This document shows, piece by piece, positions 28,500-41,824 of a stretch of 64,000 nucleotides of DNA. Numbering within the stretch: position 1 is the first letter of the stretch; every line of letters begins with the position of its first letter. Source of the DNA: Trichoplax adhaerens. Its lineage: Eukaryota; Animalia; Placozoa. Under the pieces are notes generated by a model that searched no databases, had not been told where the DNA came from, and saw only the letters and a list, made by a program, of their open reading frames with translations. The translations under genes and the position numbers were made by a program. Location of the stretch: positions 4,634,336 through 4,698,335 of the forward strand of contig NW_002060948.1 in assembly GCF_000150275.1 (NCBI RefSeq), given 5' to 3'.

Positions 28500-31200
28500 T
28501 CATTGTTTTCCTTTAACGTTGTCAACAATTCATGAAATTTTCGAGATTTGTTTCCGAGCTACTTTTCGAAATTGAAAGATGTATTTTAGAATAATAAATA
28601 ATTTTGACTTAAAGTCGACAATCATTAAAGAGTCAATTCACCGTTAGTAGAAAAGTTCAGGAACGGCCATTAGTTTAAGGACTAAACCGCAATGAATATG
28701 CCCTCAACGTATAACAATAACCAAATGATCTCTTTAGCTCCTTGCAAATCCATAATTTATTACAAAACATCCTGTCTCGACAAAATAGTGCGGCAATTTA
28801 AATTAAAAGTTCTAAAAAGCAGGGAAGTCAACAATTAAAATTTAATCCTATAAATTAATTAATATTTTTACATATTGTCAATTCCATTTTGTATTATCCA
28901 TCTATTTATGCTTCATCTTTCATAAATTATTCAAATATTATATTTCGCTGGCTTTCTTTAAAAATGAATATCGTACTTTTGATTTTCATTGTAGTTGTGA
29001 TAAATTATTAGGATTAGAGACTAACAGTAGCTAATTTTTCGTTAATAAGTTTGAAAAGAAACTACAGTTTTGCTTAAATGCAGTAAATCCCAGATTTACA
29101 TCCTCAATTTCTTAGTCAAGTCGAATTTTCGCTATATTTACTAAAAGCTAATTTATGGCTTAATTAGGATCAATTCATGATTCACGACTATCGCTCTTTG
29201 ATAATATCTCAATTGATTAAGTGGATATTACTAAGGTTTGAATGTATATTCAATAATAACTGCAATATCAGTATTGTCTGTAGCAACATACCTTGAGTAG
29301 CCTTGATGAATTTACGATTTGAAAGTAAATTTTCGTTTTCTACAACTGATAATGTCAATTTCATCTTCAGATTTTTCATCACTCTTTCAGTTCTATGATG
29401 CTTCAATTTTTAGTTGAATAACGATAATTCTTGAGAATCTTGCTCTTAATTACAATTATTTTCTTTCTTTCATCATTAGCTACAAATAATAGCAAACAAT
29501 CCCTTTGCTTATTTTAAATTGTAAAAATTAATATGGGAGATAAACGCATAAATTTAATGTAAACAAATTTGCAGCTTGGAGATCTAAATCAATGATTATT
29601 ATAACAGAAACCTTGAAGAGCCACCAATACAACTCAATTAAGTGAAAAGTATTGTGCATATTTATCTATATATAGTTAGTATAATATGAGCTGCGCTCAA
29701 TAACTCTTGCAATAACTATAGTATACTAATAACAATGGATATTAATTTAAAATCAAATAAATTAACCAGCTAAAGTTTGATTTAGTACATTAAATATATG
29801 TAGTAGGATAAATTATGCAGACTTCAAATTTCTGATAATAATAATTAATATACCAGATCAGCCTTATTCTTTTTAGCTAATTGCAAGGCACCCTAAATAC
29901 AAGACTTATTATTGAAATGATTAATTTGGGAAATGTATTGTTTAAGATTCTACCATTAATAGAAATTCAATGCTTTCATTTTCTATAATCTGTTTAACAG
30001 TTTGCATGCAAGTAATTATGAATTACTCACTAGATCAATTTCATTTTTACATAATCCGTCTAAATTACTTTTATCATTTATCGCCCGCATTTTTGTTGCC
30101 TCTAAGCCCCAGACAATAAGCAATCTCTGCGTTTAAACTTTGTATCTGGATTTAAAACTAGATAAATTCGATCATGCTAATGAAAATAAATTAGAAAAAT
30201 CTAGAATTCCTATTATTAATAATTAATTTTAGTATCCTAAATAACGACAATAACTGGATAAACAATATCATTTAGCTCAATTCTTCAATTTCAATTTCTG
30301 ATCAAATTATATTCTTTAGTAGCTGTAAGCAAGAGTTTTCTTAATTAAAATTTAAAAGGTCAAATTATTTTCATGTTGGGTAATCTTTGTAAAGCGAACA
30401 CAATTATTTTACATTGTATGATTCATCAATTAAATATACATGAACGATGCCTGCTAACCTTTGACGTATTAATTACTAGAAATATTGTTAGTTGTTCCTA
30501 AATGCCTTGATTCATAGATTAATGGCTCGAATAGGATATTTTCTTAATTAATATCAAATATTATCCAAAATCTAAGAAGATACGGGTATTTATTTCTTTG
30601 GGGTAGCTACAGTACGTTTATCATCATAGTTATTATGTTTACATTTGTTAAGAAATTTATGGGGAGAAATATTGATAAAATCTATGGTAAACTATATTTA
30701 AAATATGATTTAATGCTCATGCAACCTTCTGCTTAAATATTCTATAATCGTAACCCTTAAAATATGAATACAGTAGCATTTATTTATCCGTTACTAATGA
30801 ATTATAGATATTGTTAACTATATTTAAATTATTTGTTCTTACATACCAAAATCAGCTGTATTATTTTAGTTTCTCTGCAATTTTCTTATCCAGTTTAAAT
30901 ATTCAATACTATATAATTGTCCACCAGATTAACGCCAAACGTAATCTAAATCCATGAAATCAGCTATTTTCCTATTCATACAGGATCGGATGTTGCCAAT
31001 AATTTGCACCAAGATTTTCGTAAATATTGAAATACTGTTTATAAAGATTTCCCCTCCTTATTTCATTCAGCAATCTCATTGAATAGTAAGTTAGTTTATC
31101 TGCTAAAACTTTTACCTTTTAATAACTGGTAAATTTCAAAATCTCAACATATCCAAACTTTTTAGTATTCTTAAGTTCAATAATATATTAAAAAGTTTAT
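28500..31200 (-). pseudogene. Possible decayed multi-exon gene, unidentified
   Basis: Minus-strand exon-like blocks (TTTGTAG| near 29480 to AAG|GTATGT near 29291; CTA|GTGAGT near 30030) with protein-like fragments SDEKSEDEIDIISCRKRK and KFGYVEILKF, all broken by stops. Boundaries are approximate. Confidence 0.2.
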
Positions 31201-31558
31201 TTAAATATGCTAGCAAATTAATGTACTGTAGAAATTTTCGTTGATCTTATACTATTATAGATAAGACTCTATACTTTGTCAATTAATACCAGGTTTTTAT
31301 GAATTAAATGTACTAACCAATGGCTGAAATAAATCACAAGGTTCGGGAGTAACCGTTTGCTAATCTAATCGCCTTATATAAATGTAAATTTGAAGTTTGA
31401 ATAAATTTTTAAATCAAGTAGAATAATTTCTGGTATTATCTATCAGGATAAAAATTTACGAAATATGTCCTGATATATTTTCTATAAGCTTACTGTAAAT
31501 CTTTCAGTAGAAAATATTATAATTATTAATTTTTTAATAAACTCGTAGTATTGCTATC

Positions 31559-31588
31559 GTGCGGCTTCGAGTCGGCACCAACACTAGT
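31559..31588 (+). mobile_element. Helitron-like 3' terminus, second type
   Basis: GTGCGGC-TTCGA-GTCGGCAC imperfect hairpin followed by CAACA-CTAG|T; isolated GC-rich spot in AT-rich DNA. Confidence 0.45.
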
Positions 31589-32185
31589 AGAATTTGAAAA
31601 GAAACTTTCAGAAAACTAATTTTGATAGTGATTCTGTACATCTTGACACTCACTAAAACATGTAAACAAAATCCAGAGCGTATATGAGTGATAATGAAAA
31701 TTTTAATACATGGTATAGTTTAAGTTATATAACTGGATGTATAAATTTGAAAGATATCATCCTTAATTATCTTTATGAAATCTTAAGGTGAATAGCTGCG
31801 GCCTTTAAACGGATTGATCTTTGCTGGAAGCATTGCATACTATAAATGACTGTGTTTTAGTGCAGGAATTACTAGAATCTATTGTCGTCTTTAACACTAA
31901 TTAATTTTCTCTCGTCAATTTAGTAAGTCTAATATAATTAAGATCTTAATTCATATTTTAATAATAGCTCAAACAATTGAAGTTTGCAGTTTGCAAGGGC
32001 AATGAATGATAATCATTAATTATCTAAATGGAAAATGGATTACAAAAATTACTAAGCATCAATCTTGATTCAAAATCAACTTGATGAGAAGGTTTACTCA
32101 TTTAATCCTAAACTCTATCGTATTTAGTCCTTGTCTATCACTTCAAGAAGTTAATATAATAACATTCAAAATTCGAGTGATTGAT

Positions 32186-32827
32186 TGTGACAGTGTTGTA
32201 TGCTGTACTGAATTTGAGTAGAAATATCTATGTTAGAATAATTTTGTCAGAATATTTTTATTAAGTTAACTTCTAATTTGGATATGAAATACTGCGTTTA
32301 AATATAGTATTGGCTTTTTATGACAGTAGCATATATACAGTACATATACTGAAGTTAATAGTTATATTAGGGAAAGCGAATCATCTACTTACAGTTCAAA
32401 TCATTGTGATTGTAACTTACTTATGATAGATTGTAAATATCGTAGAAATATCCCGTGATAGAACATATCGTAATCTAACTATTCTGTATTAGTTATCAGA
32501 TATCTATGCTCATAAATACTATTCTCTGCATTGGAGAGCGGTAGCTAAAATGAATGTCTAATTCAGTGAATGATTCCAAAGTTAATCATTTTAAGTATGT
32601 CTCATGAACTATTGAGAAAGAGTATATAAACGCAATATATCGTGTAATAAATTTAATTCTAAAATTTAGTTTCCAACGTAAAATACGAGGCGTCTAAGTT
32701 TTTATGTAGTCTGCTAGTAGAGAAAAGTGTTCCTGATAGTGCAGATATCGTTCCTTGTTAGGTAGTCCAAGGAATTGACTTATTGATCGTGCTTTACGTT
32801 ATCTTTTTGCACAACTGTTTTGTGACA
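32186..32827 (+). mobile_element. Solo LTR, family B (older copy)
   Basis: TGTGACA...TGTGACA; flanks TTGAT/TTGAA match 4 of 5; colinear with 44190-44822. Confidence 0.85.
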
Positions 32828-33232
32828 TTGAATATCAGTAACAAGGATTAATGAGAATAAGATACCCACATGCCTTCAAACTTACTGTAGTTAAGATAAG
32901 ATAATACTAATAATTTACTGAAAATTTTTGACAACCGTTATTTATCATGCAGTCAGCTATCTTGACCAAAATTGAATTAATGCTATAATTATTATATCCT
33001 GTTTTCTACTTTTCGCTAAAGATTTAAACAAAGATTACAAAGCAGAAAATTGTGAGGAAACATTTATTATTAATTACATTATGTTATGATGTTGCACGTA
33101 TATATTAATATTTGCAATGAAAGTGGGAGATACATTAGACGTTTAGGCTTCAAAGCTTGACTTTGCTAAAATAGATAGTATTTACTGCCATTGGGTACCG
33201 CATCCTTTCTTATAAGATCCATACATATCTGC

Positions 33233-33590
33233 TGTAATAGTATCTTCTTTAAGTAGCGTAAAGTATTTTAAGGTAGACGATGATAGAAGGTATAAAGGAT
33301 TTTATTGAGATACAAGTTACAGGCTAACAATGATATGGTTGTTATAGATAACGTATTCGAGATAGCAGGAACGTAGGAACTGACTAACGAGTTAACGTAC
33401 AAGGGTATTTATAGGTTTTAGATGGGATTGAGATAATGTCTTTATATGTATAGCATGTCGTCTATATGTGGTCATGATGTCGTACATTATGAATGTAATA
33501 CAATACAGTACTTAAACGGTATATGATAAGTATTCGTATATTAGGATATTACTATACTAGGCATCTTCTATATAAGATCATAGTGTTACA
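33233..33590 (-). mobile_element. Solo LTR, single copy in window (358 bp), TSD TCTGC
   Basis: TCTGC|TGTAA...TTACA|TCTGC exact. Minus-strand TATAAA at 33408-33413 and AATAAA at 33301-33306. Confidence 0.7.
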
Positions 33591-34474
33591 TCTGCCAAAT
33601 CCCATTTTTATCGTAGATCAGTTGTCCGCTATAAAAAGCTGCGATATATTCTACCAGATTGTCATAATCCCGATTCCATTTGTCAGTCGTTTAGACAAAC
33701 AAACAGTGTGTACTGGAAATTAAAAGGATTCCTGAAATTTTAATAATATTTATGATCTAATAAAATAGTGCATTGTGGTAATAAATCCAATCCACCATTT
33801 TAAACGAGCAGCGCAGGGGTATTTATACTACTGTTAGATGACTGTGACTATGGGTTCATTTCGATAGGTCAGTATAAGATTCTTACAGTACTTTTTACCT
33901 CAAGATTTCTTCATGTAAAACGAATAGCTCTAAGGTAGTAATTTCTGCAGAGTACTGATTATTAAAATAGTATTCGTTATATCGCTATGGGTATCCAATG
34001 GGCCTTTAAATTTTGATTTGATGTAATTCTCTGATGAAAATTGAATAAACATAGAATCTTTATAGAGTTTTCTACACAGCCATTATGACTGTTACATTTT
34101 CTTATAACGGTTGTTATCGACAGAGCAAGCTTTGCTTGCATATGCAAGTGATCCTTAGACACATTATAATGATTGGTATAGAATTGACCACTGTACTAAG
34201 GACATTGTACCGCACTGTAGATATCTTACAGTACCTGCTAATCTTAACTTGGTATGTTCATCACCGTATCTTAGTTATCATAATGTGCATTGGACCATTA
34301 ACTAATCTTAATATAGCATTTCATAGCATAGCATTTCATCCGTGAATGAATTATTGAAAAGTAGTATTCTACAAGCATAGCTGTGAATATAGTAGTGCCT
34401 GGCTATTACTGGGATATATATAATGTCAAATGGTAATACTATCTGTTAATTATTAACAAATGGGTACATTATCG

Positions 34475-34510
34475 TAAACCGTCAGCAAAGCGACGTGACT
34501 TTGTACTAGT
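34475..34510 (+). mobile_element. Helitron-like 3' terminus
   Basis: TAAACCGTCAGCAAAGCGACGTGACTTTGTACTAG|T, homologous to 364-400 (-). Confidence 0.55.
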
Positions 34511-34612
34511 TTAATTTAAAATATTCTGTATAGTATAAAATAGCGGGTAGTAAATAAACGTAAAGAACTTGCGATATCAATTAATTAAATTACTTTAATA
34601 ATGATCAGAAAC

Positions 34613-35075
34613 TGTGATGGAGGGTTCGATATTTCGAAGGATTTAGGTTTAGTTGCCATTTACAATTAGTACACCAAAAGTTGTATAAAAGTTATACTTT
34701 ATTTTAAGTAGTAAAGTACAGTGAGGTAGCTACAGTAGATCAGCGTGCAAGCTGTCGTGAGTAACGTGTGAAGATTAACCAGGAAACTAACGATTTCTGA
34801 GGTGGAAATCGGTGGCATTTATAGTTTTAAAGATAGAGCTCATGCCGAGAATAGGATTGTAGAATTAGATACAACATATACCATAACAGGCTACAACATA
34901 GCTGATGATTGTAGTAAACAGCGAGTACTGTAGTAACTAAATACAGTAGCCTATACATGAATGTGAAGTAAGCAGACTGTAGATATGTCTAAATATAAGA
35001 GCAGTACAACACGACTATATTTAAGAGTAGAGTATACTGTAAGTATATTCTACAGTATATTCTAAATATACTATA
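34613..35075 (-). mobile_element. Solo LTR, single copy in window (463 bp), TSD GAAAC
   Basis: GAAAC|TGTGAT...CTATA|GAAAC, with one terminal CA changed to TA. Minus-strand TATAAA at 34818-34823 and AATAAA at 34698-34703. Confidence 0.6.
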
Positions 35076-36302
35076 GAAACTATATAAACTAGACTCGTCT
35101 TTGCGATTTTTAAGCGTTTAATTTTCTTGTAGATGATTATCAAATGAGTTTAACTTGTTTGGTTATAAATAAATTTGAACAACCTTGACTTTTATAATGG
35201 TCTTGATATAAGCGTTAATACGAATGACACATATACAGTTTTGCAGTTATACAATTATAGACGGTAAAAGTATTAATAGAATTGTTTACGCTCTGACAGT
35301 TATAATTAACTTAATTATTAGCTTTAAATGCCATAGCTATACCATAAGTTTTTATATAATAAATATAGTTTTACATGAGTATTTTCTGGTATGTCTGTTG
35401 CCAATCAGTAAAGCCGCTAATACAAAACTGATATCTTCGTCGAATCTTTAATGATATATGTACATAATAAATTTGTTAAACTGTGGATATGTAATTGTTA
35501 GCAAGCATTGCTACATGTTAATAATTTGAAAGACTTCTATCATACCTTTAAGTATTAGTCGGTACTACTCACAGAAGTAGATACGGTTGGTGTTTAATAT
35601 TAATTAATGGCGTTATCTTTTATTTTAATGTGTATTAGATTTAGCTCAAGACAATTACACACTTACACTAATATATTTCATAGTTCACTTATTACTTTTT
35701 CACAACGATAGAAATTAATATCTGCATAATAACAGTTCAAACCAGTGCCATCTATGAATGCATTTATACCTGCAGGAAAAAGCTAACAATTGTAGAACTA
35801 GCTATTATGAAATAAGTAAAAAATACGAAATATTCTCATTTTTTTCTCTGTTCACTTAGAAGTTGGCCTATATCTGCTTAATCTACAGTCATAAGTTATC
35901 CAGTAAAAATGTTTAGAATAAAAGGATAAAATATATCAACTCCACAAACACCCAGGAAATAGTGAGAGTATTATGTACTATATATTTCTGATTAGATGTC
36001 ACTTCAATTGTAGAAACAACCTGTGTCTAACTTAGCGTTACCGATAGTTTAATGAATTTTACAATCAGCTTAAAATAATAAATTGGAGTAATTCTTTGGC
36101 TTCTTCCAACATATGGTAGTGTCGCGTTTTGATGATAGAGGAAGCTGCGCATCAAGAATAAGTGAACATCGACGATTACCACTTGATCGTTTCCACTGAA
36201 TTGGTCTGGACACTGTGGATCGCAATATACATGTGCGATTTACTACACCACCTACGGTAATTAATGTAGATAAACGAATAGTGTGGGTTCCTAATTAGAC
36301 AC

Positions 36303-36933
36303 TGTCACAAAACAGCTTTGCAACAAGATAACGCAATATACGATCAATAAGTCAATTCCTTGAACCACGTATCAAGGAACGATATCTGCACTATCACAAA
36401 CACTTTTGCTCTACTAGCAGACTACACAAAGACTTAAACGCCTCGTATTTTACGTTAAACACTAAGTTGGACAATTCCTCTTTATTTCACGATATACTGC
36501 ATTTATATACTATTCCTCAATAGTTCATGAGTCATAGTTAATACAATTAACATTAGAATCATTTACTGAATTAGATATTAATTTTAGCTACTGCTCCCTT
36601 AATGCAGACAACAGTATTTACGAACATAGACATATAATGACTAATACAGAATAGTCAGATTATGATATGTCCTATCACGGAACATTTCCATGATAATTTA
36701 CAGTCTACCATAAGTAAATTACAATCACAATGATTCGAACTGTAAGCAGATGATTTGCATTCCCTATTATAACTATTAATTTCAGTATGTGTATAAGTGT
36801 CACTGTCATAAAAAGTCAGTGCTATATTAAAATACAGTATATCCAAATTAGAAGTTAACTAAATAAGGATAGTCTAATAGAATTATCCTAACATTGATAT
36901 TTCTACTGTAATACAGTATATAACACTGTAACA
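36303..36933 (-). mobile_element. Solo LTR, family B (631 bp), TSD GACAC
   Basis: GACAC|TGTCACA...TGTAACA|GACAC exact; nearly identical to 44190-44822 in the opposite orientation. Confidence 0.9.
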
Positions 36934-38083
36934 GACACCGATTGCCTAAAGGATAGCAAATTATGTGATAGGCAATACTTAATAGGAATATCTTTAACTT
37001 ATAGATCATTTGCATCCGAGAACGAATATGGATCGATATGCCATTGACGAAAAAAATTAACTAGAAGTCGTAGGTATTATCAATTACTATTAAGTACCTG
37101 AATCTTAATCTATTTATGAGGAATTATAGCTATATTTATCGATGTATTGGATAAATTACTGATTCTATACTTAATCTGATACGTTAATAAAAAGGTTTTA
37201 TACATTTTCATCCGAAAGTAAGAAGACATTTAACCATATAAAAAAACCTTAGTTTTGAAATAAATTATATCATTTTCTTATTTACAATAATTAGTGAGCT
37301 AATGGCTCATAAATTATCTAAATTCGTCTCATAATTCCAATATATAATTTTGCTCATGATAGAGCAGTAATAAAAGTAAGAACACTTCGGAATGCTTAGC
37401 TCGATGTATTATTTATAATCTATTATATAGTATTATTTTGATAAATTCGCTAAGAATATTATATTCGATTAACCTACACAATTATTTTATTTCATAACAA
37501 TAACCTATATCATAACTGCTGTAACAATACTTTCATTAATTTCATTATGATATTATAAGCTAAATTGTCAAACATTCTTTCTAGCAAAGATAAATTCATT
37601 ATTGAGATTATTCATGTTTTATTCAATAATAAACTACCTTTCAATTAATGCCCATATTGTCTACTGCATACGGAATGCATGTTATCGAATTTACAGCTTA
37701 GATAACACTAACCCATTATATCATAACATATCTATTATTGAACTTAAAAAGTGGTGATAATATCGCAGTCCTATAATATTCTTTAATACCCGAGATAAAG
37801 ATGTCATTAACTAACCATATGTTTTCAAATGTAAATACTCTAACCTATTGGCTACTTTTAAATTACATCATTCACTATCTTAGGTAAGCAGTACGGTAAT
37901 AATATTGCACTGGATATCAAGCCGAAAATTTCATCATCTGTGTTTTAGTCACAATAATACATACAACTCATAATTCTCTACATCTGATCTCACGTTTGCG
38001 ATTAAGTTAGAAAATAATATTCGATAACTTTAACTCCTTCTTCGACATTAAATTGGTTACTATTATAATAGAGAAAATCGGTT

Positions 38084-38851
38084 ATGCTAATGGCTGAGTC
38101 CAACTCAAAATTTAGTTCCTTTCTAATATTAATAATAGTGCTAGCTATCCAGTTTGTCTCTATCAACAGCCAAAGCAATATAACGGTCACTTCTAATCCT
38201 CATCGTAGAAGGCAGAATCAAATCAGGAAAGTGAATCGCCCAAACTCCAACAACATCACAATTAATGTTCATTTGGTCAATCCACCGGCTACACAAGGAC
38301 CAACTCGACCTAACAACCCATGTACAAGTAATATTGCTCGAAGTTCTTGCGATCAATGTATTCATCGTAGTAGCCAATGTTATTGGTGCAATTATGATAA
38401 TACATGTCGTAATTTGCCATCAGGCCAAAGCCAACCATTTCGGGGGGATTGTGGTAATGATGCCTGGCATACTGATCAATGCATCATCACAGGAAATGTC
38501 TTACCTATCGTCATACCTGTAACAGCTGGTGTTATAGCGATAGCTGGAACCTCTTTACTTTGTTGTATGTGTTGTAGATATCGATCCAAGCGCCACGTTG
38601 ATCGTCAACTGAGAGAAATTCGTCAAAAACAAGAATCAGAACGAAAAAAGAAGAAAGATAAAGATAAAACAGTCGAACGTGCATTTAAACTGGAAGTAGT
38701 CAGACAGAAATACACAAGTAAAAATAGCAGCAATACTACAGCGTATTCATGGGAAAATACATCTAACAATCATTCAAAGCTTTTTTCCTTTAATCCATTT
38801 AAGTACAGACGTTTAGATGATGCAAATAGTAATACTATCACTGCCGTTTAA
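38084..38851 (+). CDS. PTTG1IP: PTTG1IP/PBF-like type I membrane protein (signal peptide, PSI domain, TM, basic tail), single exon, 255 aa
   Basis: Hydrophobic leader; PSI cysteine pattern C..SCDQC..CYWC..C..C...W...QC; TM followed by CCMCC; charged and basic tail with VRQKY; YRRL (YxxPhi) near the C-terminus. This matches PTTG1IP architecture by recognition, not by a search. Confidence 0.8.
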   Translation: MLMAESNSKFSSFLILIIVLAIQFVSINSQSNITVTSNPHRRRQNQIRKVNRPNSNNITINVHLVNPPATQGPTRPNNPCTSNIARSSCDQCIHRSSQCYWCNYDNTCRNLPSGQSQPFRGDCGNDAWHTDQCIITGNVLPIVIPVTAGVIAIAGTSLLCCMCCRYRSKRHVDRQLREIRQKQESERKKKKDKDKTVERAFKLEVVRQKYTSKNSSNTTAYSWENTSNNHSKLFSFNPFKYRRLDDANSNTITAV

Positions 38852-41824
38852 ATTAATAGGTAATACTATATCGCGACGTAGATAATTATTTCAAAAATTT
38901 CAATTACGTACAAGATATGAGAGCATTCAATGCCTCAACCATTCAACTGTAGCTTGATCCAGATTTAAATAAAGCTCAGCACCTAGATGTAGAATAAAGA
39001 GTTTATTTCTAAAAGATTTACAGAAGCAACCACCTCATTTCTTTTTCTAAACTTTTTAAGCAGCGATCTTATTTTAATTTTTACGTTTAAATGCAGTTAT
39101 AGTCATTCTCCTATTTGTGCCTAAAAGCAATTAATTACTTTGCATACTTGATTATATTTCATGAATTAATTCTGGATATTACTGGTACTTTAATTAAAAG
39201 GCAGTAAAAGGACTAAAAATCTAATTGTTAATGTTATATCGTCTGGTAAACCATTGCATCACGCAATATTGGGTAGTAATGCTATGCGATACAGTTTATA
39301 AACATTCATATCAGTTATATACAGTGATTACTTCACAAATTGCTCCTTTTAAAATATAATATGTCACGATAAAACTAATTGCAACAAAGTTAGCGAAAGA
39401 GCTAATTTTTTTGTCGAGTTACATTCGCATATTGTAAATATGAGGTGGCTAGCTAAGTGTGTAAACACCTGTAAGTAATTTCGCATTTCCGTTTATAATA
39501 TAAGATTTCGTTACTCTATAGAAATCGCCAAGAAATTAATAGTACTTTGAATATAATGTGCCAATCTGCATTTTTCAATAACTAAGCCATTTCTCTTCCT
39601 TTTATATAATTTGATCTAGAAGTTGCTATATTACCATGCTGCAATGCTTTCTAGTGATTGTCTACTAAGGCTGTTATGACCGCTACACGATAGCTTGCTG
39701 GGTATTTTAATTAATATGAATTATATATCACTATTTCATTATCAAATTGTAAAGCCTTTTTGCGTGCTATATAGTACAGCATAATTTCAATATTTTAATC
39801 TTGCGTAAACTTACGAGGAGGAAGAGACAATATAAATTGAGAGCACTACTCAAATTGACGAACTCATACAAAAATGGTCCTTTTTTGCCTGGCTTAGACC
39901 AATTTTATAGTAGGGTACAGTATTAATACTCGAAATAGAAATTCTGTCAGAAAATAAAAGGAGTCTACTCTCGCTGAGGTAGTGTTCAAATTCGTAATAA
40001 GAGTTGATATTATTAAACTGAATTTCTTATCGAGTCAAGTATACTCTGGATTTCTTTCTATGATTCTTGATTTTATTCCTGTGTATAATCTTCGTATACT
40101 GCGAAGATTGTATGAATTTCTGTTGAAATGAACGATTTATCGTTAAGCGCTGTAAGAATTGAAAATTTTCGATACGACTAATACATTTACACTGTTATTA
40201 ATAAAAATTGCAATGAAAATTAGTCAAGACCCTTGTTATCTCGATATTTAAGGAATACAGCATTAGCATTAATCACCATGATACTTACAAAGTAGTTTAT
40301 TAGTGGTATTTGGAGTTTTTTTAGCAAAATCTATTTGAAATTATATTTTCAGGGCTACTGTTAGCAATTAAAATTACGCTTACAAGCTATTACATTATGC
40401 TATCTTTATTAATAGTGTAGAGTTTCTAAACATTATTTGCCATGTATGAGAATCAGAACACGTCATATTGTCAAATTCACAAATTTCAATATTTAAGTAC
40501 TACATTATAAAAAGTTTGAACTGAATTAGCTACAATATACTGTAAATGTTTTGTAATAAAAGTATCAAATAATAATAAGTGCATTAAACATGCAATTTCA
40601 ACTAGCAAAATATATTATTACAGTAAATATAGATCGCCTTTAGAAATGCAACTGTAAAAACAACTCGTGAAATAATTCCATGAAGACGTACACCTCATGA
40701 AAAGTAACAGGCATGACATCATTTTAGATAGGTATCTATTTTTAGTTGTTGGAAAGTTCATAATGACATAAGGTTAGATGTATTATGTGTTATTTGATGA
40801 ACACTATAGTAAGTAATTGCTCTTAATTGAATCAGTTCTAAGTGATAATTGATTCAAGCTAAAGAAAGACGGTAGCAAGCAACATTGAAATATCTTAAAT
40901 TAATCAGACATATCGTAGTTATTGGACCTGCAACATTTTAAGTACATTTGCATTCCATATCGTTGTCTGTCACAGCTCAGTAGTTGGAATAAGAAAAGCA
41001 CAAGCTAACTTGAGACGCAAAGTCAAGTTTTGAACTAAAGTTGTTAACAAAAATTATCTTTATTTTAAGAGAAACTATAGTGATATAGAAAATGTCTATA
41101 GGTAAATATGTTGATATTGCTATCTCTTTCTCTTAATTTAGTGTTCATCAACCTAGTAAATATGTAAATAGATTTTCTTACATTATGCAACTTATTTTAA
41201 GACTCTTACCGGCCAATTACATCAAGAATTAAATACAATTTATCATGTCTATTGCAAGCTCGAAATAGAACTATTGTCACCTACAATAGCAATTGTATTA
41301 CTTTGAATTCAACTAGTAAAGCGTACTGTATGAATACAAAATCTACCCAATTCACTTTGAACGGAACTCTAGGCAGAAAAGCAAACGTGAAATTATGGCA
41401 TGCATTTTTCGTAATTAGATAGGGCGCACTGATTGTTGTTAGACGGCTTTTCATTATAGGATTTTGGTTTATTAAAGAAACAATACAATACGTTGAAATA
41501 AATAACCGATCGCTGTAAGTGTATTTATTTAAGTTCTTCCTTTCTTATTGCTTTGTGTTCTTTATGTTCTTTGCATTAAATATAATTTAATCATAAAGAG
41601 AAGCTAGAGAAGATAATGTAATACTAAATAACATCTATTCTTTTAATTTTACAAGAAAGATAATAAAAATAGTCACATGATGAATCGCATTCCAATCAGA
41701 ATGATGAAACACATGCAATCTAATTGCATTAAGTCACTATGTCTTATATTGCTCCTAATTGCCTGAATCCTATCATTTACGAATCATCAAACTAGCGTGG
41801 AAGACCTACGGAACTGAACTTCAT

